Assembly (NCBI GenBank): GCA_964016885.1
Contig: OZ024747.1
Coordinates: 24,986,001-25,050,000 of the forward strand
From: Eledone cirrhosa
Taxonomy: Eukaryota
Direction of reading: 5' to 3'
Length of the DNA: 64,000 nucleotides
In this document: positions 41,018-55,569 of the stretch, piece after piece
Layout of the letters: each line of letters begins with the position of its first letter
Position numbering within the stretch: position 1 is the stretch's first letter
Notes under the pieces: model-generated
The model's input: the letters and a program-made list of their open reading frames with translations, nothing else
Told to the model about the DNA's origin: nothing
Database searches by the model: none
Position numbers and translations under genes: made by a program

Positions 41018-41054
<37 letters not shown>

Positions 41055-41440
41055 AATATATATATATAAATATATATAAATATATATAAATATATATAAA
41101 TATATATATATAAATATATATAAATATAAATAAATATATATAAATATAAATATATATAAATATAAATATATATAAATATATATAAATATATATATATAAA
41201 TATAAATATATATAAATATATATATATAAATATATATATATAAATATATATATAAATATATATATATATAATTATATATATAAATATATATATATAAATA
41301 TATATATAAATATATATAAATATATATAAATATATATATAAATATATATAAATAAATATATATATATAAATATATATATAAATATATATATATAAATAAA
41401 TATATAAATAAATATATATATAAATAAATATATAAATATA

Positions 41441-41476
<36 letters not shown>

Positions 41477-41684
41477 AATATATATATATAGATATAGATA
41501 GGTAAATATACACAGGTGTGTATGATTGTGTATAGAAGATTATATTCATAAGAGGAATTCCAACTTTGTCTGATTTACTCGTTTTATTTACAATCCTTTA
41601 AAATATATATAATGGTATTATAATGAAATAGTATGATAGAATATTAAATTCTAAGTGTTAATTGAACAAGTACTTTCATGCTTT

Positions 41685-41806
41685 TGAATATGCATGCCAA
41701 TTCTAACACATATATGTCCTAGAAACGATCGTTAAATAATGAACTTTTTTTGTTTAATATAAGGAACTGTTTCATTGTTTTATTCATTATTTTTTTAATA
41801 TTTTAT
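41685..41806 (+). mobile_element. PLE-B family 3' fragment (hammerhead 3' half), tail-less
   Basis: Matches 25766-25887 and ends at the same aatattttat position as the PLE-B short arm. Confidence 0.75.
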
Positions 41807-41846
41807 GTATATATATATAAATTTATATATATGTATAAATATATAT

Positions 41847-41879
<33 letters not shown>

Positions 41880-42216
41880 AATATATATATAAATATATAT
41901 ATATAAATATATATATAAATATATATATGTATAAATATACATATATATATATAAATATATATATATATAAATATATATATATGTATAAATATATATATAA
42001 ATATATATATATATAAATGTATAAATATATATATATGTATAAATATATATATGTATAAATATATATATGTATAAATATATATATATATGTATAAATATAT
42101 ATATATATGTATAAATATATATATGTATAAATATATATATGTATAAATATATATATGTATAAATATATATATATGTATAAATATATATATATGTATAAAT
42201 ATATATATATGTATAA

Positions 42217-42319
<103 letters not shown>

Positions 42320-42653
42320 TGTATAAATATATATATGTATAAATATATATATGTATAAATATATATATATGTATAAATATATATATATGTATAAATATAT
42401 ATATATGTATAAATATATATATATGTATAAATATATATATATGTATAAATATATATATGTATAAATATATATATATATGTATAAATATATATATGTATAA
42501 ATATATATATGTATAAATATATATATATGTATAAATATATATATATGTATAAATATATATATATGTATAAATATATATATATGTATAAATATATATATAT
42601 GTATAAATATATATATATGTATAAATATATATATGTATAAATATATATATATG

Positions 42654-44050
<1,397 letters not shown>

Positions 44051-44071
44051 TATATAAATATATATATATAA

Positions 44072-44890
44072 AGTTTCGGAATTCGTTTAGCAAGATTCTT
44101 TATCTTAAAACGTGTGTTGAAACCGATATTGTTATACTTTGGGAGGGTCATGTTGCCAATAAGAAACACATGCACCAGTTGCTTTCACTTCAATTTATTA
44201 TAATAAATTTATAAATTTAGGAATTTATAAATTTCTGGTTGGTTGGTTGGTTCCACAACCAGATGGTTGTTTATATATTGTCAAAGTTCTTTCGTCACAC
44301 ATTCTGTGACCTCTTCAGTGACTGGGGATTCTTTTCTTTGTTTTTGTGCCTCTCCTTTGTTCTGTCCTACGCCATCTTGTATAAAAGACGCAATGTTTAG
44401 ACAAATCACAGAGGCAATAAACATAAAAGAATTACAACCAAAATTAAATAAAAAACATGAGTGGAACAGCAACATCACAACTTACAATTAAGGACAAAAT
44501 GAAAACACACACGCACATAGAACAAACAACCAACCAGTAACATGTAAATAAACAAATAAATAAACGAATATAAACACACACAGACACCCGGATGTGGCGC
44601 ATGCGCAGACTGAGCACACAACACACACACAGAAACAAGATGGCGTAGGACAGAACAAAGGAGAGGCACAAAAACAAAGAAAAGAATCCCCAGTCACTGA
44701 AGAGGTCATAGAATGTGTGACAAAAGAACTTTGACAATATATAAACAACCATCTGGTTGTGGAACCAACCAACCAACCGGAAATTTATAAATTCCTAAAT
44801 TTATAAATTTATTATAATAAATTGAAGTGAAAGCAACTGGTGCGTGTGTTTCTTATTGGCAACATGACCCTACTAATGTATAACAATATA
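44072..44890 (+). mobile_element. PLE-E copy 2, short palindromic insertion, tail-to-tail with copy 1
   Basis: 44072-44380 (tailed, minus) joined to 44381-44890 (plus, end of EN + UTR, tail-less). Confidence 0.85.
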
Positions 44891-44904
44891 TATATAAATA
44901 TATA

Positions 44905-46850
44905 TAACTTACTTTGATAACTTTGATAGGTTTCGACCAGTATTGGCCCAGGCCATGTCTAACTTAATAGCACCACCTGGCGAAGTTTTACAAATCAGTG
45001 TTTGGGCACCATGGCCCACTCGAGCAGAGAGTTATTGTTTACGGAGGCATGTCCGGGTGTAGGAGGCTTATCCGGGATTTCTTGAAGGAATTTATCCAAA
45101 GACTTCTTGAACTTAATGGGGTCTGTCTCTGCCTTGATGCGTTTTAGTGTAATGTTAAAGAGTGCAGGGCCAATTGAGGTGAAATAATTGTGCCGTATTG
45201 TTGTTATGTGATGCGAGTGGGATTTTTGTCGTGGGCAGATAGCACGGGGCCCAAGCCTTGGGTGTACACTAAAGATGATGCCAACATCATTTGGGCTAAG
45301 CTGATGGAATATTTTCCACATCATACAGATAATGTAGCGCTCACGGCGACGTTGAAGAGAATAAAGTCTGAGCTTTTCTAATCGACCCCAATAGTCAAGG
45401 CCTGTCATGCCAACTATCTTTTTTGTAATTGACTTTTGGGGTGCTTCAACTTTCATGATACTTTGTTTCGTGTGGGGTGACCACAGTGGACAACAGTATT
45501 CAAGGTGGGGTCAGGCAAAAGTGGAGAAGAGAAGGACAACAGTGTGGATATCTCTCAACTGGAAAGTTCTGAGAATCCAGGAACACATTCTGCGGGCCAT
45601 ATCAACTTTGCTGTTTATATGAGTGGCCCAGCTTATATTATTGTCCACAATTACTCCCAGGCCTCTGATGTTATTGGAAGCCACTAGAGTTTCACCCGAA
45701 GGAAGAGAGTATGGTAGTTTCAGAGCATCCTTTTTTCCAAAGTGGATTAGTTCAAATTTATCCTCATTCAACAGCATATTATTCATCTCTGCCCATTGGA
45801 TAATAGCCAGTAGGTCTGACTGAAGGCAAGTCCGGTCACCCACCTCATTGATGACTCTTTGGAGCCTGGAATCATCTGCGACGATTCTGATGTTACTGTG
45901 TTTGATGATGTCAGTAATGTCATTAATGTAGATGATGAAAAGAAGTGGGCCCAACACAGTGCCTTGTGGGACGCCACTGCGGACTCTGGCAGGGCTTGAT
46001 TTTACTCTACAACATGCTGGGTTCTGCCTGTCAGAAAACATTTGATCCTCTGGAGTAACCTTCCAGAGACACCAACACTGGATAGTTTTTTTCAGTAGAA
46101 TCTTATGATCAACCCTGTCGAAGGCCTTGCTGTAATCAAGGTAGAGGTCATCAGTGTTGGAGCCCTCTCCCAAGGCTCTCAAAACATCGTCAAAGAGATG
46201 CAGGAGCTGCCTTAGGCAGTCCCTTCCATTACGGAATCCATGTTGGTTGGAGTTCAGCAGGCCGTTGCTTTCAAGAAAGTGGGTTATTCGTGATCTCACG
46301 ACCCTCTCAAATACCTTGATAATATGAGAGGTGAGTGAGATCGGACGGTAGTTCACTGCAAGGGACTTATTTCCCTTTTTGAAGACTGGGACAACGGACT
46401 AGGACAGAAAGTTTTCAGGAATATAGCCAGTGTCCAATGAGTTCCTCCACAGATTAGCAAGAGGAGTTGCAAGTTGGTGTCGACACACCTTCAGGACACA
46501 AGCAGGGAACCTGTTGGGGTTGTTTATTGCTGCTAAGACATCAGGGGCGCCAAACGTTATATCTGATATAGTGTGTTGGGGGTTAATATCACTGATACGG
46601 CCCAGATCAGCCATATCAAGGCTGCAAAAAACAGAGCAGTATTGTTTCTGCAGTATCTCGCCCATGGTTTTGGCATTGTCCTGGAGTGCGCCATTTTCAT
46701 CAACTAGGGGGCCAACAGTGGAGACGGTGACCTTGTGTTTTTTAGCGAATGAGAAGAACACTTTGGGGTTGATGTTGATTTTCTCAATGGCCCACCTCTC
46801 TTCAGCTATTCTCTGGTTATTGATGATGGTCATCATGCATTGCTGGAGGT
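44905..46850 (-). mobile_element. CR1-group LINE (second family), disrupted RT
   Basis: [43 protein letters not shown] and YSLQRRRER; short tandem tail (ATCAAAGTT). Confidence 0.88.
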
Positions 46851-47281
46851 TATATTTTTTTTACTCAAGCAGGGTGATAGCCATTGAATGTGTGTGTTGC
46901 TGTTGGCAGTATTTTAGTGTGTTCATTTTTTTGTTTGTTCTTTTTATTTTTCTGATAATTGTTTTTCACTTGGTTTTTTTCACAGGTTTTGGTGGGGTGT
47001 GTTTTGTACATATATTTGTGACAGTGTCTACAAAGATCTGCCAAGATGTTTTGATGTTGGTGGAAGTGTGTGCGTGTGTAAAAGACCAGTCGACATGTGA
47101 TAGTTCGTTCATAATTGCATCCCAATAAAGTGAAATAAAGTGTCTTGCTCAAGGAAACAACACATCACCCAGTCTGAGAATTGAACTCATGTATGTAAAA
47201 GGTAAACAGAAATAACAACACAATTGGTACAGTATATGGAAGGGATATATTAGGTTAACGGTTGATATAGCAGGAAGAAGG

Positions 47282-47317
47282 TCTTAATGTTTCGGACGCT
47301 AGTCCTTCATCAGAAGA
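47282..47317 (-). ncRNA. Minimal hammerhead-like motif in PLE-type remnant
   Basis: TCTT-CTGATGA-aGGAC-TAGC-GTCC-GAAACATTAAGA; stem III imperfect. Confidence 0.5.
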
Positions 47318-47554
47318 AAGAATGAGAAATAAGATAGATTGAGGAGACAGGCAACAGGGAATTGGAAAAAATGTCTTTAGATAAAAATAACAGGTCCATT
47401 CATGTTGATATCTCTTGCAAAACTGTTTGTGCTGGCGTTTTGTGTATATATTTTTTTATATATCTCTTGCATTACTTTTATTTATATATTTTTTTGCCCG
47501 TTAAACTCTTGCCTTTCTTGAGGAGATTTTTCAAATATTTCACTATGTTTTAAA

Positions 47555-47628
47555 TTGCCTTGTCCGATAAACGAATGAGGACGTTTTTCGTATTCGTCTT
47601 ATTCGGGAAACCTCTGGTAATGAGGTAA
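47555..47628 (+). ncRNA. Hammerhead-like motif with mutated core (CCGATAA)
   Basis: TTGCCTTGT/ATGAGGTAA stem I, cgaatgag-gacg/cgtc-ttattcg stem II, GAAACC-TCT-GGTA stem III. Confidence 0.5.
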
Positions 47629-47794
47629 TTATATTGTATTGTTTATTATACATTAAATTTAGCTCTGGTACTTACATAGAGCACTCTTCACTCCTATGAC
47701 TTTCAATTTTCAACGGAAACTTCAATACTTATATATATATATATATATATATAACGAAGGAAATGTGGTAAGGAACCAGGTGGTCTTACTGGTT

Positions 47795-47864
<70 letters not shown>

Positions 47865-47887
47865 TATGTATGTATATATATATGTAT

Positions 47888-48080
47888 ATAACGAAGGTGT
47901 GGTAAGGAACCAGATGGACCATAACGCACCAGAGTACTCAATATTTAGCGTAGTAGAGTGGGTAATAGGAAAAAGTTTAACCCCTATAGCAGAGCTCAAA
48001 CCATTTCAACGGCTATTTCTGTCCAGAAATAGCCGTCGAAACGGCTTGAGCTCTGCCGTCGGGGTTGAACTTCTTCCTAA
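47888..48080. mobile_element. Mini palindromic PLE-end insertion (56-bp arms plus one tail)
   Basis: 47966-48021 mirrors 48024-48079 and contains the hammerhead 3' half GAAACGGC..GCCGTC. A smaller sister hairpin lies at 47752-47797. Confidence 0.7.
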
Positions 48081-48157
48081 ATATATATATGTATATGTAT
48101 ATACATGTATGTATGTATATATATGTATGTATATGTATATATATATAAAATCCTTAC

Positions 48158-48243
48158 TTGTTTTGACTGTTTCCAAATGGATCCCCAGCAGCTCCTCCAT
48201 CACCAATGAAAATATAAAGGTATTTGTCATCCCCAAACAGAAT
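48158..48243 (-). CDS. HHIPL: HHIP-like gene, second coding exon (86 bp, ILFGDDKYLYIFIGDGGAAGDPFGNSQNK)
   Basis: Acceptor ...ctacatgatag and donor gtaagg. Phase 0 matches exon 1, and the peptide continues the conserved HNGG-x-LxFGxDGYLY-x-GDGG-x-GDP motif. Confidence 0.9.
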
Positions 48244-48364
48244 CTATCATGTAGAAAAAGAAGCAATGACAGATTAATTAACCCTGTCATCACAATATTT
48301 TTTATAAAAGATACTACTTATGATATTTAATTAATTTGGGAAATAATCAAATGTTATATTAACA

Positions 48365-48800
48365 TTTATGTGGCTGAGCATTCACTGAGATTCTTTTATT
48401 CTTTTACCTGTTCCAGCCATCTGGCTGAGGCCGTGATGGGGTAGATGTGTACCTATAACATAGTTCTCAGGGAGATTCATCATTAAACTGTGTGTGTGAC
48501 AAGGCTTAACCATTGAATTACAGGGGTCCACGTTGTTTTATAGTGTAAGTGACTGAGCATTCCAAAGACACATGTACTCTTAATGTAATTCTCATGGATA
48601 TTAAGTGTGACACAGTGTATGATAAGGTTGACCCTTTAAATTACATGTACAATCCATTTAACAGGCTTCTAACTTCTGTCTACTTAGTTTCACTCCTAAA
48701 GATTGAGTCAATGACACTTGCATAAGATACTTTGCAATGGGATCAAACCAGGGACCTAATGAGTGTGAAGTGAATTTCTTAACCATTCAACCATGTTGAG
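48365..48800 (-). mobile_element. Degenerate SINE-derived sequence, with a CR1-type 3' end at 48391-48442
   Basis: ttcttttacctgttccagccatctggctgaggcc mirrors the LINE end at 1740-1787; B-box-like ggtttgatccc on the minus strand. Related remnants at 56060-56340, 56930-57130, 59750-60010 and 62700-62900. Confidence 0.5.
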
Positions 48801-48982
48801 TCCACATTTTTATGTAATTACACATTAACAAGCATAGCAATGCAATCAGCACTTATAATTACTTAATTAATTCATTTATGCAATTAACAAATATGTTTTG
48901 AGAAGAAGGAAGGAAATGTGTTGCAACTTAACCAATCTCTGAAATTAATTTATTCAAGCATATATAGAATTTTAAAAAATAT

Positions 48983-49597
48983 ATTTAGCATTTACATTAC
49001 TCTATATTTACTATATTTTCATGGTAAAGGCTTTATCTCACATAATATCGAATCTATGAAATTTTGATATTATTTATTTTGAGAAGAATACCTTAACATC
49101 AGTATGAGTAGCTGGTTACAACCGGTTTGAACAGAAAGAGGTGAGAGAATTCTAGCTAGATAATGGCTGGTTTAAATGCTAAAGGGTTAAAGATACTGCA
49201 ATAAAATTTGCTATTGGAATGGTTGAAAAGGAAAATATTCATTTCCATCTAAACAAGAAAAGGGATCAGAATTACCATTGATTTTTAGCTTTTATTGTAT
49301 TTTCACTTTGGTCTAATCTACAAGGGTTGACTAAATAAACCATTACAACATGGATTATAGATGGATTTTTTTTTTAACCCTTTAGCATTTACATTATTCT
49401 ATATATACTATTATATTTTTATGGTAAAAGCTTTACCTCACATAATTATCTCACATAATATCAAATCTATGAGAATTTAATATTATTTATTCTGAGAACA
49501 ATACTTTAACATCAATATGAGCAACCGGTACAGCTGGTTTGAACAGAAAGAGGTGAGAGAATTCTGGCCAGATACCGCCAATTTAAATGCCAAAAGG
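48983..49597. mobile_element. Two copies of a piggyBac-like MITE (48983-49186, 49378-49597)
   Basis: CCCTTTAGCATT...AATGCTAAAGGG termini next to TTAA; one end is degraded in each copy. Confidence 0.6.
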
Positions 49598-49718
49598 AAA
49601 CTCTAGTTGACTGGTAATGTCAATAATTCATTTTAGTCAAAAAAATAATTGCCTCAATATTTAAGTAATTTATTTAAAATTGTGATTAGCCTTGTTTAAT
49701 TATACAATTTATTTCAAT

Positions 49719-50058
49719 GGAGGCACATCGCTTAGTGGTTAGAGCATTGGCCTTGCAATCGAAAGGTTGTGAGTTCAATTCTCAGACTGGGTGATGTGTT
49801 GTTTCCTTGAGCAAGACACTTTATTTCACATTGCTCCAGTTTACTCAGTTGTAGAAATGAGATGATAGGGACTGGGCTCCATATCATTCCACTGTAAAGT
49901 GGACGTGGAGGGGCCACGGAAAAAAAATCACCCAGCACTCACTGTAAATGAGGTTGGTGAGGAAGGGCATCCAGCTGTAGAAATCAAGCCAGAATCAGTT
50001 CCCGTCCCAACCTTGCAAGCAGGGAAAAGCGGACGTAAAAAAAAAATGATGATGATGA
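49719..50058 (+). mobile_element. tRNA-derived SINE with RTE-like 3' end
   Basis: Same family as 18073-18423; head fragment also at 47128-47190. Confidence 0.8.
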
Positions 50059-50394
50059 CAGAAGCAAAACAAAATTTAACAAGGGGAAAGAAAAAAGAAT
50101 AGCAATGAAAACAATTGCTGCATGTAAACCCAGATAATGACAACAGAATCAAAACCTTTGTATAAAGAACTTTTGGAAAGAGAGAAATTGTCGTAATTTT
50201 TATGTAATAAATGTTAAATTGCATTGATCAAATATATGAATTCTTCCAACAGTTGAGGTCAATGAAATAAAATGGAACAAACAAAAAAAAACGAGTCATT
50301 AAGGATAACAGTACAGCCTGGTTCCCTCGGCATGCCACCTTGAAAGACATCATCAGACAAAGAATTTGCAGAAAGAAATTAATTAGAGAAAGTA

Positions 50395-50640
50395 AATGAC
50401 AAGAAAATGTGGTTAGAATGTCTCAGGAATGAATCACTGAACAGATTTTACTGGCAAAACCAACCGGTAAGAGACCCAGGTGTAGACCCTGAGCAAGATG
50501 GTTGGATAACATCCATGAGCTTGGCCGAATCAGTTGAAGATGGTTGCTTCTGACAGAACCTGCTGGAAGGAGTGTTTGAGGACACTTCCCCCACGACCCT
50601 CTCAGGAATAAGTGGGCAAAGAAGAAGAAAAAGGGAGAAG
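50395..50640 (+). mobile_element. Old RTE/Expander-like LINE 3' fragment
   Basis: Decayed translation VVRMSQE..AKPTGKRPRCRP*ARWLD..LPPRP. Confidence 0.5.
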
Positions 50641-51296
50641 ACATGTACACTTAATAGCGAACCACAACAGGATGTGTTTGAGTTTCCCTCTAATAATGTT
50701 TGAGATAAGCCTACACTCTTGTAGTATTGCCATGGGTGATAGTAAGGTTAAGGCACTGGAATAACCAAGCACCTTCACAGGAATCATCTAATACATCAGT
50801 AAGGCAAGTCACCAACCTTGCCTGTGGCCCAGCTCCCCCAAATATCTCAAACATCACAAGCTGAAAAAGTAGTAAAAGAAAGAAATTTTCTGTTGATTAA
50901 CTTGGGCATATTAAAAATTGAAGCGAGAGTGGCAGACTCTACACCTCAGTATAAGCAGTATATGTCAGCTGTACCCTGCGAACAAAATAGTGATGGCATT
51001 GCTATGGTGTACAGCCAGTGACACATGCTGCATCAGCCACTCCACCTCATAAGGTTTCTTCCTCAAGCAGGTGGTGAGGAAAATGATAGTTTGGGAACCA
51101 AGGACACCAGAAATCTCAGCAACCAGCACAAGAATGAAGCAGTTGTGGTCAAGTCGTACACTCCCTTTTGTGGAATATAATTCATTCTGCATGTCTTCTG
51201 TCCACCCATTTATTTTTCTTCTGCTTGTTATTTTCTTTCATTTTTTTTTATTTTCATTTTCTCTGTTTATTTTCTTACTGCAAATTATTAATGATG

Positions 51297-51485
51297 GGCG
51301 GTGGATTGGCAGTACCGGTAGAGGGTCGGAAGCCATGCTTTCCAGCATAGTTACGTCCCTTTACGATTTGAGTTCAAATCCCGCCGAGGTTGACTTTGCC
51401 TTTCATCTTTACGGGGGTCGATAAAATAAAGTACCAGTAATGCACTGGGTAATTGCTGGCCTTGTGCCTAAAGTAGAAACAATTA
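51297..51485 (+). mobile_element. tRNA-derived SINE with Deu/Nin-like domain (family with ~9 copies)
   Basis: ttggcag..gagttcaaatcc..ttgcctttcatccttacggggtcgataaaataaagtaccag. Other copies at ~52340-52535(+), 52742-52925(-), 53198-53425(+), 55570-55750(+), 58362-58550(-), 60905-61085(-), 61482-61665(+) and 62435-62620(+). Confidence 0.8.
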
Positions 51486-51562
51486 ATGATCTAACCATTT
51501 ATGTAACTATAAAGGTCATTTAAAAAAAGGTGATGAAGAACCAGTAATTGGTATAAGTTAAA

Positions 51563-51738
51563 CCCTTTAGCATTTAAACCGGCTGTAACCGGTTGCTCAT
51601 ACTGATGTTAAGGTATTGTTCTTAAAATAAATATTATCAAAATCTCATATATTCAATATTATGTGAGATATTATGTGAGATAAAACTTTTACTGTGAAAA
51701 TATAATAGTATATATAGAATAATGTGAATGCTAAAGGG
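51563..51738. mobile_element. piggyBac-like MITE, third copy in opposite orientation
   Basis: 12-bp TIR CCCTTTAGCATT/AATGCTAAAGGG, flanked by (T)TAAA and TTAA. Confidence 0.7.
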
Positions 51739-52092
51739 TTAACTCAGTTTATAATGAATTTGCATGGACTTACAAAAACATCTTTGATACAACAGCTGAA
51801 TAAAATACAGACATGTCAGGTCTTATAATTTGTTTCCAGTAAGCAACATTTTGCCAACTGCGCTGTTGCAGATTTTGTAGATAAAAAATACAAAACAAAA
51901 AAATAAAATAAAACTGCATCATCTCAGCAAAAGTTTCGTTGAAGGTGATGAAAGTGTGAACTGTTGATAAAACTGTGAGGCAAAAATAAACAAACACATT
52001 GATAACAATCACCATCTTGTAAGTAGTGTAAAGTGATCTAACATCTACATCCACTTTGTCTGGCTAACATATTCAGGACTTAAATCAACATG

Positions 52093-52175
<83 letters not shown>

Positions 52176-54359
52176 ACATGTATATAACATCCAAATTCAC
52201 TCTTTCTGGCTAACATTTCAGAACTTTACCCCTTTTGTGACCATATTTCATATGAAATACACTGCATTTCAATTAATTAATGAAGAAGTTAGAGGAATTT
52301 ACTAAAATGATTCATTATGACAGTATTAAGAAGGAATTCAGGCTGGTGGCTTGGCAGACAACATGCTTTGTGGCATAGAGTTATGACCTTTTACATTACA
52401 TTATGCGTTTAAAACCCTTTGAGGTTAGCTTGCCTTTCATCCTTATGGTGTTAATAAAATCAAGTACCAGTAATGCACTGGGGTCAATTTAATTGTCTTT
52501 CTCCTTCCTTTCAAATTGCTGGCCTTGTGCAATTATTAAGAAACATTTATTAGGATGATATTTGTAATGCACCTTAACAATAGGTTTTTATATCAAAATT
52601 TGTTGGAAGATTTTAATTTAAATTGGAACATTTTAAAATGGGCCATTTTATATCATAAAATCTGAGATGGTTTGGAGCAGATTGGTATAATAAATATATA
52701 TATTAAACATATATATATATATATATTGAATATATATATATAATTGTTTCTACTTTAGGCACAAGGCCAGCAATTACCCAGTGCATTACTGGTACTTTAT
52801 TTTATCGACCCCGTAAGGATGAAAGGCAAAGTCAACCTCGGCGGGATTTGAACTCAGATCGTAAAGGGATGTAACTATGCTGGAAAGCATGGCGTCCGAC
52901 TCTCTACCGATACTGCCAATCCATAAATATTAAACATATAAATATGAAACTTCTACTTTCACTCTAACCCTAAATTATCTGGCTAACATTTTCACAGACT
53001 TAAATCAACACAATTATATATTAAATATATAAAAGTTATAACATCCAGTTGATTTAAGAAACATGGAGAAAATTTGAAATATAGTCGTAACAACATCAAT
53101 CAGTATAAAAAAGAGTTGATAAAATCAAATAAAATACCACTTTTTCTATTCCCAAGGGTACTTCACTTGATTTTTTTCAACTATTATATCTAATGAAGTG
53201 GATTGGCAGTATCGGTAGAGGGTCGGAGGCCATACTTTTCAGCATAGAGTTATGGCCCTTTACAGTCTGAGTTCAAATCCTGCCGAAGTTAACTTTGCCT
53301 TTCATCCTTACGTGGTTGATAAAATAAAGAACCAGTCATGCACTGGGATAATTGCTGGCCTTGTGCCAAAAGTACCAGTAATGCACTGATATAATTGCTG
53401 ACCTTGTGCCAAAAGTAGAAACAATTATAGTCATCTGCATTTGGACAACTGCATTTCAAATATAAAAGTTCTAAACATTATATGTATGAAACATGTCCAT
53501 TTACTCTTTCTGGCTAACTTTTTCAAGAACATAAATCAACATAAAAATATATATTAAATGTATAAAAGTTATTAAAAATATTAATATATAACAGAGATAG
53601 GGTTAATATAAATATATATAATATATATGAAACGCGAGATAAAATGCCAACAAAACATTTCTGGTAATCTTGCTCTAAACACGTTTTTCCAGTCTATAAT
53701 TCCCTTGCCTTTAATGCATCTCTAACGTTTTTTCTCTAACTTTCACATCATTTTACTTGTTTTCTCTCACTTCTAATCTCTCTTTCTCTTTTTTCTTTAT
53801 ACTTTTATCAACCAAGCAATTCTATTTCTCATTTTTACTTAGCCTCAGGTTACCCCTTCTCTTTATATCTCTATATTTCTCTCTCATACTCCTCCTACTT
53901 TACCTCTTATCATCCAGCCATTCTCCACTTCTAATTTCTCTTCATCTCTTCTCTTTAAGTTTTTTTATCAACTAAGCATTTCCATTTCTCAGTCACTTAG
54001 CCACCCCTCTCACCTCCCTAGCCACATTACAAGGGCGGGTTAAACTTCAATTGGGACCTCTGGCTAAAAATTTCACTTGATGAGCTTCTTGCACCAAACT
54101 GATTTTAATATAATACATTATTTATGGTAGCAAAAAACATATGTTTGGGACCCTTTAAATACTATGGCAGCCAGTCAGCCCTACTTTAACTTAATCTACC
54201 ACTGCCTGTTTATATCTCTATATTTCTCTATCAAACTACTCGTGCTTCACCTCACATCACCCAGCTACTCTCTCATCAATCAACTGATAATATCAATACT
54301 TTCTTTAGAACACTGATATAATCATTCTTTGGTGTACACATACACTCCAGTTAGTTATA

Positions 54360-55200
54360 ATGTCTACCATACAATTTATTAAACCTACACTTCACTTATG
54401 TTGGGTACCATACAGTTTATTAGACCTACACTCCACCTATGTTGGGTACCATACATTTATTAGACCTACACTCCACCTATGTTGGGTACCACACAATTTA
54501 TTAGACCTACACTTCACTTATGTTGGGTACCATACAATTTATTAGACCTACACTTCACTTATGTTGGATACCATACAATTTATTAGACCTATACTTCACC
54601 TATGTTGGGTACCATACAATTTATTAGACCTACACTCCACTTATGTTGGGTACCATACAATTTATTAGACCTACATTCCACTTATGTTGGGTACCACACA
54701 ATTTATTAGACCTACACTTCACTTATGTTGGGTACCATACAATTTATTAGACCTATACTCCACCTATGTTGGGTACCATACAATTTATTAGACCTACACT
54801 CCACCTATGTTGGGTACCATACAATATATTAGACCTACAATCCATCTATGGTGGGTACCATACAATTTATTAGACCTATACTCCACCTATGTTGTCTTCC
54901 AGACAATTTATTAGACTTACACTCCACATATGTTGTCTTCCATACAATTCTCTAGATCTACACTCCACTTATGCTGTCTACCATACTATTCTCTAGACCT
55001 ACACTCCACTTATGTTGGGTATCATGCAATTCTCTCGACCTACACCCCAATCATGTGTACTATAAAATTCACCCCAGTTATGTTGTCTACCATAAAATAC
55101 TCTAGATCAACACTTCAGTTAGTTGTGTTTTATATAATTTTCTTGATATCCACCCAGTTAAATGATACTCATGTTGTGCACAATACAATTCTCTAGATAC
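54360..55200. repeat. 41-bp minisatellite (~20 units, decaying rightwards)
   Basis: Unit CCATACAATTTATTAGACCTACACTCCACCTATGTTGGGTA. Confidence 0.92.
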
Positions 55201-55380
55201 ATACATTCCAGTATCTTATGAAACCTCAAGTTGACAAACCTTAGCACCCAATCACTCAAATATCTTGACTACACCCTACGACTAATTTTCTGTCCGGATT
55301 CTGGAGATAAAAGTCTCCTAAAATAGAATTTAACTTCTGTAGATTTTCTGACCAAAATAGCATCAATTTTCTACTTTTGA

Positions 55381-55569
55381 TATCATTATCACTATCACCA
55401 TCATCACAATCATTATCATCATCACCATTATAATCATTGTTATCATCATCTTCATCATCATCATCACAATCATTATCATCATCATTGTCATCATCATCAT
55501 CATTGTCATCATCATCACCATTATAATCATTATCATGATCATTATCATCATCATCATCATTATTATCAC
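55381..55569. repeat. Imperfect (ATC)n microsatellite
   Basis: Directly visible. Confidence 0.9.

Noticed and set aside
49719-49790. tRNA gene candidates in SINE heads
   Set aside because: Only A/B-box-like remnants fused to SINE bodies; no complete cloverleaf.
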